Below are positions 61,816 to 64,000 of a stretch of DNA of 64,000 bases, piece after piece. The notes under the pieces are model-generated. The model was not told the origin of the DNA. It saw only the letters and a list, made by a program, of their open reading frames with translations, and did not search any database. Source of the DNA: Patescibacteria group bacterium (GTDB lineage Bacteria; Patescibacteriota; WWE3; JAUXAW01; JAYEID01); contig JBMCWH010000002.1 of NCBI GenBank assembly GCA_048621635.1, positions 2,227 to 66,226 of the forward strand, given 5' to 3'. Position numbers and translations under genes: made by a program. Positions within the stretch are counted from its first letter, which is position 1; each line of letters begins with the position of its first letter.

Positions 61816-63216
61816 ATGAATATAGGTAGAATTATCTTGACCGCAATAACAACCCTGTTAGCGTCTTTTTCTAACCAAACTTCTCATGTAGAAGGTGTTG
61901 TTGGCCAACCACAAAACCTGCATCCATTAACCATCCAGAAAAACACCTTCGACAGAGATTTGGGAACCTTAGTCTTTTCCGGTCTTACCAAAATTGCCCC
62001 CGACGGCACAGTTAATCCAGATTTGGCACATACTTGGGAAATTTCCGAAGACGAGAAAGAATACACATTTTATCTAGATCCAGAAAGAAAATGGCATGAC
62101 GGAAAGCCCGTAACTGCAGATGATGTTATCTTTACTGTAGAAAACCATACTACTTTCCGAGAGCTGGAAGTGGAGAAAATCGACAATCGGACAGTGAAAT
62201 TCAAGCTAGAAGAACCATTTTCTCCCTTTCTTCACCTTCTTAACATTGGAGTTGCTCCAAAACATATCGACTATGAGCAGGAAGGATACAAATTTATAGG
62301 GAGCGGACCTTATAAAATAATCAATGTCAAAAAAGGAATTCGCAAAATAGATGAACTAAAACTTAAGAAATTTAACGCTTCCAGTAAGGGACCGGCAAAG
62401 ATTATTTTCAGATTTTACGAAACGAAGGACGAACTTTTAGAAGCAGCAAAGTTAGGGGAACTGGATGGCTTTGCGCATGGTCAGATTGATTGTAAAACTT
62501 ACCATTCTGTGGAAACGCCACTCTTGGGAAGATATTTCGCTCTATTCTTTAATCTTAGAGATAAAGACTTACTGAAAGAAAAAGAAACGCGACGCATTTT
62601 AGCAGAAGCAACACCAAAGGAAATGATAATTGATAAATTAGAGCAGGTAGCAGAGATAAAACAAGGTTCTTACCCTCTTCCAGAGGAAATTGAACTACCA
62701 CAGACAAGCAGTACAGAAACAACCTTAACAGGTAACATAAGTCTGACTTATCCAAAAAAAGAAAAATATGAACAAATTGTGGAACTGCTTAAAAGATCTT
62801 GGGAGGAGCTGGGAATTGAGGTAACACTAGAAGCTAAAGACGCAAGTATCTTAAAAGAGACAGTTGTTCCAGAGCGAGATTTCGATGTTTTGCTAATGGG
62901 ACAGGAAGTTTCTAAAGACCCGGACCGTTATACCCTTTGGCATTCAACTCAAGCATCTTACCCTGGTTTGAATCTGACGGGTTTGGAAAATGTACGAGCA
63001 GATAGAGCCTTGGAAGAAGCAAGAAGAACAAGCGACGGTGAGGAAAGAAAAGAGCATTATCAAAACTTAAAAAATGTTACAGAAGAAGAAATTCCCGCAA
63101 TATTTCTTTACCGTCCTACCTATATCTATCATATTAGAAAACGCCTTGGGAAACCAGACTTGGAAGGTATATATACACCAGAAGATCGCTGGGAACGTAT
63201 TTTCGAACTGTATTAA
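61816..63216 (+). CDS. ABC transporter substrate-binding protein, family 5 (peptide/nickel type), orphan
   Basis: GLTKIAPDGTVNPDLAHTWEISEDEKEYTFYL....KWHDGKPVTADDVIFT. No permease or ATPase genes are adjacent. Confidence 0.7.
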   Translation: MNIGRIILTAITTLLASFSNQTSHVEGVVGQPQNLHPLTIQKNTFDRDLGTLVFSGLTKIAPDGTVNPDLAHTWEISEDEKEYTFYLDPERKWHDGKPVTADDVIFTVENHTTFRELEVEKIDNRTVKFKLEEPFSPFLHLLNIGVAPKHIDYEQEGYKFIGSGPYKIINVKKGIRKIDELKLKKFNASSKGPAKIIFRFYETKDELLEAAKLGELDGFAHGQIDCKTYHSVETPLLGRYFALFFNLRDKDLLKEKETRRILAEATPKEMIIDKLEQVAEIKQGSYPLPEEIELPQTSSTETTLTGNISLTYPKKEKYEQIVELLKRSWEELGIEVTLEAKDASILKETVVPERDFDVLLMGQEVSKDPDRYTLWHSTQASYPGLNLTGLENVRADRALEEARRTSDGEERKEHYQNLKNVTEEEIPAIFLYRPTYIYHIRKRLGKPDLEGIYTPEDRWERIFELY

Positions 63217-63857
63217 AATCCTTTTAGGAGCTCTTCTAGAGCCTCACCCGGCTCGTTTGAGGTAACTATTGCTGAAGACACTAACACTCCACCTGCATCT
63301 AGCTCTAGGGCGGTGGATACATCTTCCTCTGAACAAACCCCCGCTCCTGCTAGCAAAGGAACGTTTCCTGCCGCGGAGGCCACTTCTTTAATGATTTCCG
63401 GTTCCGAAGAGGTTACAGAAACATCGCCGCCGATTAGTTCTGGTGGTTCATAGGCAATAACGTCTGCAAAAGTTACTAGTTGCATAACCATTAATGGAGA
63501 GTCGGTACAGACAACTGTCTTGAGATCTTGATCTTTACAACGCTCTGCAGCAGCTTCGACCATATCTGCACTTAATGGGTGTTCAGAATGGTTAATTAAC
63601 GATCCCTCTGCACCGGCAGCTTTAACAGCCTCACAAGTAACAAAGCCAGTTGTTTGCTCAGCTTCAAAAGGATCAACGTGCTGAGAGTAGACAGGAAGAT
63701 CAACTGCAGAAGAGATTCGGAAAATTTCAACAGGAGAGACGGTAAGCACAACTTCAACATCGGAAAAATCAGCAGCAGTTTCCTCTAATTCCTTAGCCAA
63801 CTCAACACCCGCTTCTCCAAGAGACTGTTTATAATTTTTGAAATTAACAATTATCAT
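63213..63857 (-). CDS. tpiA: Triosephosphate isomerase, short archaeal type
   Basis: IIVNFKNYK, LINHSEH, AYEPPELIG, AGAGV and GVLVSSAIV align with the ~220-aa archaeal TIM pattern. ATG 63857 lies 6 nt after GATAAT, and the track start is GTG 63875. Confidence 0.8.
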   Translation of the reverse strand: MIIVNFKNYKQSLGEAGVELAKELEETAADFSDVEVVLTVSPVEIFRISSAVDLPVYSQHVDPFEAEQTTGFVTCEAVKAAGAEGSLINHSEHPLSADMVEAAAERCKDQDLKTVVCTDSPLMVMQLVTFADVIAYEPPELIGGDVSVTSSEPEIIKEVASAAGNVPLLAGAGVCSEEDVSTALELDAGGVLVSSAIVTSNEPGEALEELLKGF

Positions 63858-63936
63858 AAATTTATTATCTGTCACCCTTCGCTAAACTCACTACTAGGTC
63901 CCGACCAGTCGGGACCTAAGCTCGGAGAGCGTAAGG

Positions 63937-64000
63937 TGGTGCCTCCGAGAGGATTCGAACCTCTAACCTTGGGCTTAGAACACCCTTGCTCTAATCCATT
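63937..64000 (-). tRNA. tRNA-Arg (anticodon UCU), 3' part; 5' end lies beyond the window
   Basis: The reverse complement reads ...GAGCAAGGGTGTTCTAAGCCCAAGGTTAGAGGTTCGAATCCTCTCGGAGGCACCA. T-arm, acceptor 3' strand and CCA are clear. The anticodon stem has an A-A mismatch. Confidence 0.7.

Overview
This is AT-rich, tightly packed DNA, mostly single-copy housekeeping genes. Genes end in TAA, TAG and TGA, so the standard bacterial code applies. The gene content fits a small-genome fermentative bacterium of the CPR/Patescibacteria type, which is inference only. Supporting content is PFOR porCDAB, a PduL/AckA acetate branch, PEP synthase, enolase, iPGM, archaeal-type TIM, cupin-type PGI and GT-C/DUF2298 membrane glycosyltransferases, with no respiratory genes.

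Gene order: polA 3' end, a broken four-helix-bundle gene, an atypical Clp ATPase, rplS, yraN, an HD protein, a MEMO-AMMECR1 fusion and a 1328-aa vWA surface protein. Next comes an accessory block (10.4-14.4 kb), a tRNA cluster with a GIY-YIG relic, a second accessory block (15.2-19.4 kb) containing a segmental duplication, and tRNA-Ala. After that: uvrB-uvrA-(ASCH)-uvrC, tldD/pmbA, rarA, DUF763, thiI, iscS-iscU, ruvC-ruvA-[transposase]-ruvB and the glycolysis/acetate/PFOR block. The window ends with envelope glycosylation genes, lexA, a transglutaminase-like protein, secG, an SBP, tpiA and a partial tRNA-Arg.

Most notable observations:
1. An IS200-like Y1 transposase (RAYT-like) is bracketed by its own 33-nt REP hairpins between ruvA and ruvB, with further REP copies and relics in other spacers.
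2. A minus-strand tRNA-like gene carries a ~39-nt hairpin inserted in its anticodon loop. It is followed by a ~270-nt structured RNA and a T12 terminator.
3. thiI contains an in-frame GC-rich palindromic insertion.
4. A tRNA 5' fragment abuts a frameshifted GIY-YIG gene next to a tRNA-Lys clamped by a 14-nt inverted repeat.
5. There are two translation-start regimes. Core genes have a -10 box 5-10 nt from the ATG and no Shine-Dalgarno. Accessory, GC-richer genes have strong Shine-Dalgarno sites.

I found no CRISPR array, rRNA gene, or defence or secretion system that I can name. All family assignments come from motif recognition by eye, not from searches.
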